Assembly: GCA_947379865.1 (NCBI GenBank)
Contig: CANCOY010000001.1
Location: 11,724 to 75,723 of the forward strand
DNA from: Acetobacteraceae bacterium
GTDB lineage: Bacteria > Pseudomonadota > Alphaproteobacteria > Zavarziniales > Zavarziniaceae
Length of the DNA: 64,000 nucleotides
Reading direction: 5' to 3'
The position numbers were made by a program, and so were the translations under genes. Shown here piece after piece: positions 1-8,940 of the stretch. The stretch's first letter is position 1. Every line of letters begins with the position of its first letter. Under the pieces are notes generated by a model. It worked only from the letters and a program-made list of their open reading frames with translations. It was not told where the DNA came from and ran no database searches.

Positions 1-685
1 GCACCACACCCAGCCTGCCCGGCCCCACTTCACCCACGGCGGAGCCAACGGGGGCGTGCAGGCGCAGGGTGGTGCCGATGTCCTTCATCAGGGCCTCGGA
101 CGCTTCGGGACCAATGCGCCCGGCCAGTTCGTCGAGGCCGCACATGTCGAGCAGGGTCAGGCGCACGTCGCTGCCCATGGCCTTGGCCGCCTGCAGGCGG
201 TCATTGGCGGCGGTGCGGAAATCGGCCACGGCCAGCAGGCCCTGTTCCTTGTCCTTGCGATTGGCAAGGGCAGATTCGGCATGGGCCGCCTGGGCGATGC
301 TGATGCTGAGGTGTATCAGCCCGCCTTCCACAACCCGGCCACCACTCAGGGCAACGCCCATGTCCCGGCCGCTGGTGCGCTTCAGGAACAGGGTGGTGGG
401 GTCCAGACGCCCGCCATCGGGCACATTGGCAAGGGCCAGTTCGATGAAGCGGCGGTCGGCATCGGCCACCAGATTGAGAAACCGGAACCCGGCCAGTTCG
501 TTCTCCATCCGGCCGGTCAGCGCCCGGGCCGCGCCCGAGGCAAAGGTGATCACCCCCGCCGGATCCAGTTCGATCAGCAGGTCGGCCGAGGCAAAGGAAA
601 AGGCGACAAACCGCCGGCGGTCCGCCGCAAGCTCGCGGGCGCGGGCCTTTGCCGCCTGATCCGATGGCGTGGCTACGTCAGACAT
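1..685 (-). CDS. PAS-like / degenerate GGDEF-like signalling protein, 3' end cut by window edge
   Basis: Own translation from the ATG at 683-685: MSDVATPSDQAAKARARELAADRRRFVAFSFASADLLIELDPAGVITFASGAARALTG... The frame is open to position 1 and is absent from the ORF track because it runs off the edge. The GGDEF position reads GPGRL. Confidence 0.5.
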   Translation of the reverse strand, partial: MSDVATPSDQAAKARARELAADRRRFVAFSFASADLLIELDPAGVITFASGAARALTGRMENELAGFRFLNLVADADRRFIELALANVPDGGRLDPTTLFLKRTSGRDMGVALSGGRVVEGGLIHLSISIAQAAHAESALANRKDKEQGLLAVADFRTAANDRLQAAKAMGSDVRLTLLDMCGLDELAGRIGPEASEALMKDIGTTLRLHAPVGSAVGEVGPGRLGVV

Positions 686-848
686 GGCGGCTACCTTCCT
701 GCCGGGCAGATTTCATTTGGCCGCTGGTGGCCAGTTGATCGGGCATGGGGGCACCCCATTGCATGCGCTCGTTCAGCGCGACGCCCGCTATTCTTGCCCT
801 GCAAGGGTTAAGGACGCGTAAAACTGGCGACCCCGGCCGGCGTCGCAC

Positions 849-882
849 AAAAAAAGACACCCCGCCGAGCCTTGGCGGGGTG
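849..882 (-). terminator. Rho-independent terminator with no annotated gene upstream on its strand
   Basis: Perfect 9-bp stem CACCCCGCC (858-866) / GGCGGGGTG (874-882) with a 7-nt loop. On the minus strand it is followed by TCTTTTTTTG (A-run 849-855). Confidence 0.6.
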
Positions 883-1018
883 CTGTAGTGGCATGGAGTT
901 GAAGACCTACCGTCCGCAGCAATAGTGGCGATTTGATGGCGGCGGCTTGTGAGGCTGGCGGCACCTCTTTGGCAGACGCTGCTGGAAGAGGTGGGGGTGT
1001 TCGGCCTATATAGGCGTC

Positions 1019-1864
1019 ATGACCATGCAGCCCTTCGTCAAGATGCACGGCCTCGGCAACGATTTTGTCGTGCTCGATGCCCGCACCAATCCCCTTGGCC
1101 TCGATGCCCGCGCCGTGCGCGCCATTGCCGACCGCAAGACCGGCGTTGGCTGTGACCAGCTGATCGCCATCGAGCCGTCTGATACGGCGGACGCCTTCAT
1201 GCGCATCTGGAATGCCGACGGCGAGGAGGTGGAGGCCTGTGGCAATGCCACCCGCTGCATCGGCGCCCTGCTGATTGCCGGCGCCGGCCGCAATGACGTG
1301 ACGGTGGAAACCCTCGCCGGCATCCTGACCGCCAGCGCCGCCGCCGATGGCGAGGTGGCGGTGGACATGGGGGCAACCCGCCTGTCCGCCCTCGACATTC
1401 CGCTTGCCCGCGACCTCGATACCCTGCATGTGCCCGTCACCGTTCACGGCCAGACGCTGGATGGCGTGGCGGTGAATGTCGGCAATCCGCACATCGTCTT
1501 TTTCGTGCCCGATGCCGAGGCCGTGGACCCGTCGCACCTTGGCCCTGCCATCGAGCATGACCCCATGTTCCCCCGCCGGGTCAATGTTTCCTTCGCCAGT
1601 GTTGGCGCCGATGGCGTGATCCGCCTGCGGGTGTGGGAGCGTGGCGTGGGCGTCACGCGCGCCTGTGGCACCGCCGCCTGCGCCAGCATCGTGGCCGCCA
1701 CCCGCCGGGGCCTGGCCCAGCGCAAGGCCCAGGTGCGGCTGGATGGCGGCACCCTCGCCATGGAATGGCGTGAAGACGGCCATGTGATGATGACCGGCCC
1801 GGTGGCGCTGAGCTTTACCGGCCTGCTGCCCGCCAATCTGCTCAGCCCCCTGCCAGAGGCCTGA
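1019..1864 (+). CDS. dapF: Diaminopimelate epimerase
   Basis: 281 aa. N-terminus FVKMHGLGNDFVVLD, plus the two catalytic-Cys contexts (NADGEEVEACGNATRC and ERGVGVTRACGTAA). Confidence 0.95.
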   Translation: MTMQPFVKMHGLGNDFVVLDARTNPLGLDARAVRAIADRKTGVGCDQLIAIEPSDTADAFMRIWNADGEEVEACGNATRCIGALLIAGAGRNDVTVETLAGILTASAAADGEVAVDMGATRLSALDIPLARDLDTLHVPVTVHGQTLDGVAVNVGNPHIVFFVPDAEAVDPSHLGPAIEHDPMFPRRVNVSFASVGADGVIRLRVWERGVGVTRACGTAACASIVAATRRGLAQRKAQVRLDGGTLAMEWREDGHVMMTGPVALSFTGLLPANLLSPLPEA

Positions 1865-1868
1865 GGCG

Positions 1869-1904
1869 ATGCCAGAGACGATGCCAGAGACGATGCCCGA
1901 GACG
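1869..1904. repeat. 12-bp tandem repeat x3 (ATGCCAGAGACG), each unit carrying an in-frame ATG
   Basis: 1869-1880 and 1881-1892 are identical; 1893-1904 has one mismatch. Encodes MPET-MPET-MPET at the mtaB 5' end. Confidence 0.9.
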
Positions 1905-3203
1905 ACAAAGGGGCGCGAGGCTGGCCCGGGCCCGGAGATCCTTACCTTTGGCTGTCGTCTGAACATCTATGAGTCCGAGGTCATGCGCCGCCATGCCGGG
2001 GCGGGCGGCGAGGCCGAGCGGCTGGTGATCGTCAACACCTGCGCCGTGACCGCCGAGGCCGTGCGCCAGGCCGGCCAGGCCATTCGCAAGGCCCGGCGCG
2101 AGCGCCCCGATGCCCGCATCATTGTTACCGGCTGCGCCGCCCAGATCGAGCCCGAGCGCTTTGCCGCCATGCCCGAGGTGGACCAGGTGCTGGGCAATGC
2201 CGAAAAACTGCTGGCCGCAAGCTTTGCCCCCGCCCCGGCAGCCGACTTTGGCATCGCCTCCGACGAACGGGTGCGCGTGGGCGACATCATGAGCGTGCAC
2301 GAGACCGCCGGCCATCTGGTGGAGGGTTTCGAGAGCCGGGCGCGCGCCTTCCTGCAGGTGCAGAACGGCTGCGACCATCGCTGCACCTTCTGCATCATTC
2401 CCTTTGGCCGTGGCCCCTCGCGCAGCGTGCCCATGGGGGCGATCACCGAACAGGCCCGGGCGCTGGTGGCAGCGGGACACCGGGAACTCGTGCTGTCCGG
2501 GGTTGACCTCACCTCTTATGGCCATGACCTGCCCGGCCGCCCAGCGCTGGGCGACCTCACCCGCCGCCTGCTGGAGGCGGTGCCGGAACTGCCGCGCCTG
2601 CGCCTGTCTTCCCTTGATGCGGTGGAGGCCGACCCGGCCTTGTTCCGCCTGATCGAGACGGAGCCGCGCCTGATGCCCCACCTCCACCTCAGCCTGCAGG
2701 CCGGCGACGATCTGGTGCTGAAGCGCATGAAGCGCCGCCATCTGCGGGCCGATGCCGTGGCCTTTGCCGCCCGGGTCCGCGAAGCCCGGCCCGATGTGGC
2801 CCTGGGCGCTGACTTCATTACCGGCTTTCCCACCGAGACCGAGGCCATGTTCCGCCGCACCCTCGACCTGGTTGAGGAATGCGGCCTCGTCTGGCTGCAC
2901 GTCTTCCCCTATTCACCGCGCCCGGGAACGCCGGCCGCCCGCATGCCCCAGGTGCCGGGCGACATCGCCCGCGACCGCGCCCGCCGCCTGCGCAGCGCCG
3001 GCACCGCAGCACTTGCTCGTTTTCTCGACACCGAGGTGGGCATGGTGCGTGACGTGCTGGTGGAACGCACCGGCGAGGGGCGCACGCCGCAGTTTGCCCC
3101 GGTCAGCCTGACCGGTCCGGCGGCAAGCCTGCCCCCAGGCAGCATTCTTGCCGCCCGCATCACCGCCGCCAGCGATGGGCGCCTTGTGGCGGAGGCCGCA
3201 TGA
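1869..3203 (+). CDS. mtaB: tRNA methylthiotransferase, MiaB-like (MtaB type), radical SAM
   Basis: 444 aa. UPF0004 N-domain (ILTFGCRLNIYES), CDHRCTFCIIP radical-SAM cluster, TRAM-like C-terminus. Conserved dapF-mtaB-ftsY order. Start is ambiguous among three tandem ATGs. Confidence 0.85.
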   Translation: MPETMPETMPETTKGREAGPGPEILTFGCRLNIYESEVMRRHAGAGGEAERLVIVNTCAVTAEAVRQAGQAIRKARRERPDARIIVTGCAAQIEPERFAAMPEVDQVLGNAEKLLAASFAPAPAADFGIASDERVRVGDIMSVHETAGHLVEGFESRARAFLQVQNGCDHRCTFCIIPFGRGPSRSVPMGAITEQARALVAAGHRELVLSGVDLTSYGHDLPGRPALGDLTRRLLEAVPELPRLRLSSLDAVEADPALFRLIETEPRLMPHLHLSLQAGDDLVLKRMKRRHLRADAVAFAARVREARPDVALGADFITGFPTETEAMFRRTLDLVEECGLVWLHVFPYSPRPGTPAARMPQVPGDIARDRARRLRSAGTAALARFLDTEVGMVRDVLVERTGEGRTPQFAPVSLTGPAASLPPGSILAARITAASDGRLVAEAA

Positions 3204-4174
3204 CAGACGGGCCCGACGACAAGGAGAAATCCGCAAAGGGCGGCTGGCTGCGCCGCCTGCGCGAGGGTCTGAGCCGCTCCACCGGCGTCCTGACCGAAAG
3301 CATTGGCAGCATCTTCACCAAGCGCCGCCTCGACAATGAGGCGCTGGATGAGCTTGAGGAGGTGCTGATCCGCGCCGACCTGGGTGTGCGGGTTGCCGGT
3401 CGCATCAGGGCGGCGGTGGCCAAGGGCCGCTTTGACCGGGAAATCAGCGCCGAGGAAATCCGCGAGGCTCTGGCCCAGGAACTGGCCGTGATCCTGGCGC
3501 CGGTGGCACAGCCCCTGGACCCCGACGGGGCAGGCGCCACCAGCCCCCGGGTGATCCTGTTCGTCGGGGTGAACGGCGCCGGCAAGACGACCACCATCGG
3601 CAAACTCGCGCGCCTTTTGGCAGGACAGGGCAAGCGGGTGATGATCGCGGCGGGCGACACCTTCCGCGCCGCCGCCGTGGAACAGCTGCAGGTCTGGGGC
3701 GAGCGGGCCGGTGTGCCCGTGGTTACCGGCAAGGTGGGCGCAGACGCCGCCGGCCTTGCCTTCGAGGCGCTGGAACGGGCCCGGGCCGAGGGCTTTGCCG
3801 TGCTGCTGATCGACACCGCCGGCCGCCTGCAGAACAAGGAAGGCCTGATGTCGGAACTGGCCAAGATCCGCCGGGTGCTGGCCAAACTCGACCCCGCCGC
3901 CCCGCACGAGACCCTGCTTGTGCTGGACGCCACCACCGGCCAGAACGCCCTGTCCCAGGTCGAGGTCTTTGGCGAGATTGCCAAGGTTACAGGCCTGGTG
4001 ATGACCAAGCTGGATGGCACGGCGCGCGGTGGCGTGCTGGTGGCGATTGCCGAGCGCTTTGGCCTGCCCATCCGCATGATCGGCGTCGGCGAAGGGGTTG
4101 AGGACCTGCAGGATTTTGATGCCCTCGCCTTTGCCCGGGCGCTGGCCGGCAGTGCGGCGCGGAGCGAGGCATGA
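3200..4174 (+). CDS. ftsY: Signal recognition particle receptor FtsY
   Basis: 324 aa. SRP GTPase motifs GVNGAGKTTTIGKLA, DTAGRL, TKLDGTARGG. 4-nt overlap with mtaB. Confidence 0.95.
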   Translation: MTDGPDDKEKSAKGGWLRRLREGLSRSTGVLTESIGSIFTKRRLDNEALDELEEVLIRADLGVRVAGRIRAAVAKGRFDREISAEEIREALAQELAVILAPVAQPLDPDGAGATSPRVILFVGVNGAGKTTTIGKLARLLAGQGKRVMIAAGDTFRAAAVEQLQVWGERAGVPVVTGKVGADAAGLAFEALERARAEGFAVLLIDTAGRLQNKEGLMSELAKIRRVLAKLDPAAPHETLLVLDATTGQNALSQVEVFGEIAKVTGLVMTKLDGTARGGVLVAIAERFGLPIRMIGVGEGVEDLQDFDALAFARALAGSAARSEA

Positions 4175-4731
4175 AGCCCCTGGTACGCCTTGCTATCGAG
4201 GCTGGCCCGCTGGCCGTCTTCATGATCGCCAATGGCCGCTTTGGTCTTTATGTCGGCACCGGAATATTCATGGTGGCGACCCTCGCCAGCCTTCTGGCCG
4301 CCTGGCTGATCGAACGGCGCCTGCCGCTGGTGCCACTGGCCACGGGCGCCTTTGTGCTGATCTTTGGGGGGCTGACGCTGGCCCTGCACGACGACTTCTT
4401 CATCAAGGTAAAGCCCACCATCGTGAACGGCCTGTTTGCCGTTCTGCTGGCCGGTGGCATGCTGAAGGGCCGTTCTTTGCTCAAGCCCGTGTTCGGCGCC
4501 ATGCTGACCCTTGATCCGCAAGGCTGGCGGCTGCTGACCTGGCGCTGGGCCGGATTTTTCCTTGTGCTGGCTGCCCTCAACGAAGCCGTCTGGCGGACCC
4601 AGACGACGGACGCCTGGATCGCCTGGAAGCTGTTCGGGGCCATGCCCCTGACCATTATCTTCAGCCTGCTGCAGGTGCCGCTGATCCGGCGGCACATGCC
4701 GGCAGAAGCCGGCAACGACACCGCCGGCTGA
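4171..4731 (+). CDS. yciB: Intracellular septation protein A (YciB/IspZ family)
   Basis: 186 aa, five predicted TM helices, typical N-terminus EAGPLAVFMIAN, FIKVKPTIVNGLFA motif. Translationally coupled to ftsY. Confidence 0.85.
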   Translation: MKPLVRLAIEAGPLAVFMIANGRFGLYVGTGIFMVATLASLLAAWLIERRLPLVPLATGAFVLIFGGLTLALHDDFFIKVKPTIVNGLFAVLLAGGMLKGRSLLKPVFGAMLTLDPQGWRLLTWRWAGFFLVLAALNEAVWRTQTTDAWIAWKLFGAMPLTIIFSLLQVPLIRRHMPAEAGNDTAG

Positions 4732-4737
4732 GGCGCC

Positions 4738-5313
4738 TCAGTCCTCCTTGAACGCCACGCCGCGCATGCTGTCGCCCACCTCGCCCGCCGGGTTGGTGAA
4801 CGGGGCAAAATCCGTCTGCCCCATGACGGCGCGATGGTTCTGCAGGGCCCAGAGCACTGTGGGGAAGGCAATGTCGTCCCAGGGAATTTCATCCCAGTCG
4901 AACAGCGCCACCTCAAGGCTCTCCTCGCCCACCCCGAACACGGGTTCGGCCAGGGTCGCGCGATAGATCAGCTGCACCTGGCTGAGACGCGGGATGTTGT
5001 AGACGGCCAGCAGCCGGTCGAGGGTGATTTCGGCCAGCGCTTCTTCGCGTGCCTCGCGGCGGGCACCATCCTCGGTTGTCTCGTGTTCCTCGAGATACCC
5101 GGCGGGTAGCGTCCAGAAGCCCTTGCGCGGGTTGATGGCGCGGCGGCAGAGCAGAATCTTCGCGCCAAAGGTGCACACTGCGCCGACCACAACCTTTGGG
5201 TTCACATAGTCGATCCAGCCACAGCTGTCACAGACCATCCGTTCACGGCTATCGCCGTCGGGAAGCCGTTTGCTGAAGGCATGACGTGTGACGTCATCTG
5301 ATGAATTCGCCAT
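4738..5313 (-). CDS. NUDIX hydrolase with N-terminal zinc-ribbon-like CxxC
   Basis: 191 aa. CDSCGWIDYVNPK followed by a Nudix box (GYLEEHETTEDGARREAREEA). Confidence 0.85.
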   Translation of the reverse strand: MANSSDDVTRHAFSKRLPDGDSRERMVCDSCGWIDYVNPKVVVGAVCTFGAKILLCRRAINPRKGFWTLPAGYLEEHETTEDGARREAREEALAEITLDRLLAVYNIPRLSQVQLIYRATLAEPVFGVGEESLEVALFDWDEIPWDDIAFPTVLWALQNHRAVMGQTDFAPFTNPAGEVGDSMRGVAFKED

Positions 5314-5456
5314 GATCTTTAAATTCCCTTCACTGATTTTACTGATGATAACTACTGATTAATGAATCTATACCGACGTATGCAATTTTTCTGCTTACAT
5401 CGGATCGGAGAATCGCTATAGTCTGCCCACATGATTTTCATGTTGGAGCCAAACAA

Positions 5457-5963
5457 ATGTCCATCGCTTCTGCACCGGGCCCGGAAACCGCCGAGCTCTC
5501 AGTATTTGTCAGCCACCTCGTTCGCCGCAGCCAGCAGCGTGCGGTTGATCTTTTCGCCAAGGCCGTGGGCACCGACGGTCTGACGCACCAGCAGTTCATT
5601 CTTCTGCTTGCGGTCGATCAGAACCCGGGCACCACCCAGACCCGTCTTGTACAGGTTACCGGTATTGATCGCAGCACGCTGACGGACATGATTGGTCGCC
5701 TCGGCGCCCGTGGCTATCTGAAGCGCAAGACGGCGATGCACGACAAGCGCGCGAATGAAGTGTCGATCACGGCAAAGGGCCGCAAGGCGCTGCAGGCCGC
5801 GATGCCCGCCGCCGTTGCCGCCGACCAGGCCTTTATCCAGGATCTGCCGACGGCCAAGCGCTCTGCTTTTGTCGATGCCCTGAAGTCGCTCAGCAGCGTG
5901 ACCGAGGTTGAGCCTGAGGCCCCGGCCCGTCCGCGCCGCCGCCGCACCGCCCGCGTCAGCTAA
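5457..5963 (+). CDS. MarR-family transcriptional regulator
   Basis: 168 aa. Winged-HTH signature LTHQQFILLLAVDQNPGTTQTRLVQVTGIDRSTLTDMIGRLGARGYLKR. Divergent from the NUDIX gene across an AT-rich gap. Confidence 0.85.
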   Translation: MSIASAPGPETAELSVFVSHLVRRSQQRAVDLFAKAVGTDGLTHQQFILLLAVDQNPGTTQTRLVQVTGIDRSTLTDMIGRLGARGYLKRKTAMHDKRANEVSITAKGRKALQAAMPAAVAADQAFIQDLPTAKRSAFVDALKSLSSVTEVEPEAPARPRRRRTARVS

Positions 5964-6105
5964 GACACGGCACAAGGCTGCGGCCACGGCAGAGCCTTCC
6001 TTTTCAGGAGCAGGGCTTGTCGGGGTCTTGTCTTGGGGAAGAGGGCCGGTACGCCGGCCTAGCAATCTGCCGGCGGCCCCCCGCGCGGGGGCCGCGGGCG
6101 GCTGG

Positions 6106-6423
6106 TCAGGCTGTCAGGTCAAGCACGGCGCCGGGACGCTGAGCCTGCTGCTGTGCCGAAATGGCGCTGGTGCGCTCGGCGGACTGGTCTGTTTGCGGCG
6201 CATTACGGCGCTGCCGCTCTGCATCATTGGCGGCGGCAACCTTGGCCGCTGTCGCGTTGCGTTCTGCAACCCGGCTGGCAGCAACCCGATCAGATTTTGC
6301 CAAGTCCACCACGGCCTTTTCCATGGCGCGGGACTGCCGACGTGACTGCACCGGCCGCTCCACCGCTAAGCGGTCTGCGGTGGCAATGGCGGCACGAACG
6401 GCGGCGCTGGGGCGGATGTCCAT
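6106..6423 (-). CDS. Small Ala/Arg/Gln-rich hypothetical protein
   Basis: Internal ATG of ORF 6106..6450 (MDIRPSAAVRAAIATADR...) preceded by AGGAGA 5 nt upstream. No recognisable domain. Confidence 0.45.
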   Translation of the reverse strand: MDIRPSAAVRAAIATADRLAVERPVQSRRQSRAMEKAVVDLAKSDRVAASRVAERNATAAKVAAANDAERQRRNAPQTDQSAERTSAISAQQQAQRPGAVLDLTA

Positions 6424-6529
6424 CCAACTCTCCTGCAGGATCCCGTGCACCCGAAGGGGTCGGGCTCACCGGCAAAGGTTACAGCCGGACAATACTCCCG
6501 CCGTTGCAGGACCCAAGGCACGAAAGATC

Positions 6530-6600
6530 CACTTTGGCGCAACGCGCCAGGGGCACTTTGGCGCGAGCCGCCAGGAGCACTTTGGCGCCAGGGGCTCACA
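6530..6600. repeat. 24-bp tandem repeat, about 2.6 copies, each with a TGGCGC-N3-GCGCCA-like palindrome
   Basis: CACTTTGGCGC starts at 6530, 6554 and 6578. Lies between the ccmI stop (6615) and the start of the small ORF (6423). Confidence 0.85.
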
Positions 6601-6614
6601 TTATCCCCAAAGCC

Positions 6615-7841
6615 TCAGGGCAGCCCTGCAGCGGCCCGTGCCTTGGCGAGTTCTGCCTTGATGGCGGGATCAGCGGGGGCGAGTGCCGCCGCCTTGCCCC
6701 AGGCCTCAGCCGATTTCTTTGCCTCACCCAGCACGCCATAAGCGCGGCCGAGGCGCGTCCAGCCCTCTACATCCGCCGGATTGGCCGCCAGCTTGTCGGC
6801 CAGGCGCTGCACCATGCTGCGGATCATGGCATTGCGATCATCCGGCGCCATCTGCTGGGCCGCCTGCACATCAGCCGCACTTGGCCCCGGGGCGCCAGAG
6901 GCAACCGGGGGTGGGGCCTGCACGGGCGCTGCCGGCGGGGGGGCCGACGGCGGGGGGGCGGTGGGGAATTTCGCCGGTGTGATGCCCAGTTCACGCGCCA
7001 CCGCATCAACCCGGCTCTGGATCTGGCCAAGATAGGGGGCCTCTGGTGGCGTATCGCGCCCCAGCTTCACCCAGGCCTCATAAGCGCCGCGCTTGTCGCC
7101 GGACTGATAGATGCCAAGGCCCAGATAGAACAGGGCGCCGGGATGATGGGGATCCAGCTTCAGCGCCGTCTCCATGGCGGCGCGCGCGGCCGGCGTGACC
7201 GCCCCTTCGGCGGCATAGACCAGAGCCTCACCTTCAGAAACCTTGAGGTCGGCATCCACGGGCGACAGGGCCGCGGCACGGCCATAGGCGGCGGCGCCCT
7301 CGGCAAAACGGCCGGTCTCCATATAGGTGCGACCCAGCAGGGTCCATCCCTCGGCATCGTCCGGCTTTTCTGCGAGCTTGGCCGCCAGCTTGTTGGCAAG
7401 TTCGCCCAGGGCGGCACTCTGCTTGGCGTCCGTGGCCGCCGCCGCTGTTGCCTCACCAGCGCGGGAGGCAAAGGGCTGGTCGGGCAGACCGGGGGTGCCA
7501 AGATTGGCATAAAGGCCAAAGCCCACCAGCGGCACAATCAGTCCCGCCACGATCAAGCCAGTCCTGCCACCCCGACCAACCGGCTGTGCCGCGGCACTGG
7601 CGCGCTCGGCAGCCCTCAGCAGACGCCGCTCGATCTCGAGCCGGGCCGCTGCCGCTTCACCGGCACCGATCAGGCCGCGCTCTTCGTCGGCCACAACCTC
7701 GTTCAGCTGGTCGCGATAGACTTCCACATCATGGGCGGCCGCTGCGGGGCCTGTCGGGCCGTCCCCCTTTCTCAGCAGGGGGGCGACGAGAAGGGCGACC
7801 ACGGCAAGCGTCATGCCAAGGAAAATGAGCCAGAGCGCCAA
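6615..7841 (-). CDS. ccmI: Cytochrome c-type biogenesis protein CcmI (CycH), TPR-containing
   Basis: 408 aa. N-terminal TM pair, TPR-like repeats, Pro/Ala-rich linker. Last gene of the ccm operon. Confidence 0.85.
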   Translation of the reverse strand: MALWLIFLGMTLAVVALLVAPLLRKGDGPTGPAAAAHDVEVYRDQLNEVVADEERGLIGAGEAAAARLEIERRLLRAAERASAAAQPVGRGGRTGLIVAGLIVPLVGFGLYANLGTPGLPDQPFASRAGEATAAAATDAKQSAALGELANKLAAKLAEKPDDAEGWTLLGRTYMETGRFAEGAAAYGRAAALSPVDADLKVSEGEALVYAAEGAVTPAARAAMETALKLDPHHPGALFYLGLGIYQSGDKRGAYEAWVKLGRDTPPEAPYLGQIQSRVDAVARELGITPAKFPTAPPPSAPPPAAPVQAPPPVASGAPGPSAADVQAAQQMAPDDRNAMIRSMVQRLADKLAANPADVEGWTRLGRAYGVLGEAKKSAEAWGKAAALAPADPAIKAELAKARAAAGLP

Positions 7842-7855
7842 GTCAGATCACCGTT

Positions 7856-8383
7856 TCAGGATTTTGTCGGGCCGGAGGCGGCCGGATCATGGGTAAGGGA
7901 GGCAACGCGCGCCTGCTCATCCGGGCTGAGCGGCACAGGCGCCACAGCTTCGGGACGGCGTCTATAGACAGTGCCGGCCAGCGCAAGCGCGCCTGTCAGC
8001 AGCGCAACCGGCGCAAGCCACAGGATCAGGGTCAGGCCCTTGAAAGGCGGCTTCAACAAAACCCAGTCGCCATAGCGGGCCACCAGATAGGCCTTCACCG
8101 TTTCATTGTCATCGCCGGCGGCAATGCGCTCGCGCACGATCCGTCGCAGATCCCGCGCCAGTTCGGCGTTTGAATCCTCGATGGACTGATTTTGGCAGAC
8201 AAGGCAACGCAGGCCCTTGGACAGTTCAATGGCGCGGGCCTCCGCTGCCGGATCAGGCAGGCTCGGGTCGATCACCATGGCGCCAGCCGGGGCCGCGGCC
8301 CCCACAAGACCACAAAGGCCAAGCATGGCCGCTGTCAGCAGGCCCAGCGCGGGGCGGCGCAGGCGCAAGAAAAGCTTTGTCAT
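7856..8383 (-). CDS. ccmH: Cytochrome c-type biogenesis protein CcmH (CycL)
   Basis: 175 aa. LRCLVCQNQSIEDSNAELA motif (CXXC). Confidence 0.9.
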   Translation of the reverse strand: MTKLFLRLRRPALGLLTAAMLGLCGLVGAAAPAGAMVIDPSLPDPAAEARAIELSKGLRCLVCQNQSIEDSNAELARDLRRIVRERIAAGDDNETVKAYLVARYGDWVLLKPPFKGLTLILWLAPVALLTGALALAGTVYRRRPEAVAPVPLSPDEQARVASLTHDPAASGPTKS

Positions 8384-8931
8384 TTCATCAGCCTTGCCGC
8401 CAGCGGCAGGACCTGGGATTCCAGGACCTCCGGGGTCAGGGGGCCAACAACCTTGAAGGCAACATTGCCCTGACGGTCGATCAGATAGGTCTCGGGCACG
8501 CCATAGACGCCCCAGTCAAAGCCCACCCGGCCGTCGCGGTCGGCGCCAATCTTGTCATAGGGATTGCCCAGGCTTTGCAGCCAGCCCCGGGAATCCTCCG
8601 GCCTGTCCTTGTAGGAAATGCCATAGATGGGCAGGCGCTTTTTCTCGGCCAGCGCCATCAGCAGCGGGTGTTCCAGACGGCAGGGCCCGCACCACGAGGC
8701 AAAGACGCTGACCAGCGACACCTTGCCCTCCAGGTCGGCCCGCGAGAGGCCGCCCGGCAGGCCTTCCACCGCAGGCAGATCGAAGGCGGGGGCTGGCTTG
8801 CCGATCAGGGGCGAAGGGATCTCGCTGGGGTGCAGATAAAGACCCTGATAGAGGAACCCGGCCAGTCCCGCAAAGACGAGGACCGGCAGGAGATAGAGCA
8901 GGTTGCGGCGCGGCTCGCCCGGTGTGGTCAT
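8380..8931 (-). CDS. ccmG: Thiol:disulfide interchange protein CcmG/DsbE
   Basis: 183 aa. Thioredoxin fold with WCGPC and the GVYGVPETYLID motif. Confidence 0.9.
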   Translation of the reverse strand: MTTPGEPRRNLLYLLPVLVFAGLAGFLYQGLYLHPSEIPSPLIGKPAPAFDLPAVEGLPGGLSRADLEGKVSLVSVFASWCGPCRLEHPLLMALAEKKRLPIYGISYKDRPEDSRGWLQSLGNPYDKIGADRDGRVGFDWGVYGVPETYLIDRQGNVAFKVVGPLTPEVLESQVLPLAARLMK

Positions 8932-8940
8932 GGCCCGGTC

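Noticed and set aside
886-1010. Possible tmRNA, SRP RNA or 6S RNA in the dapF upstream gap
   Set aside because: I could not find the tmRNA tag reading frame or tRNA-like end, the SRP domain IV motif, or a 6S-like long interrupted helix by eye. It is kept only as an unclassified sRNA candidate.
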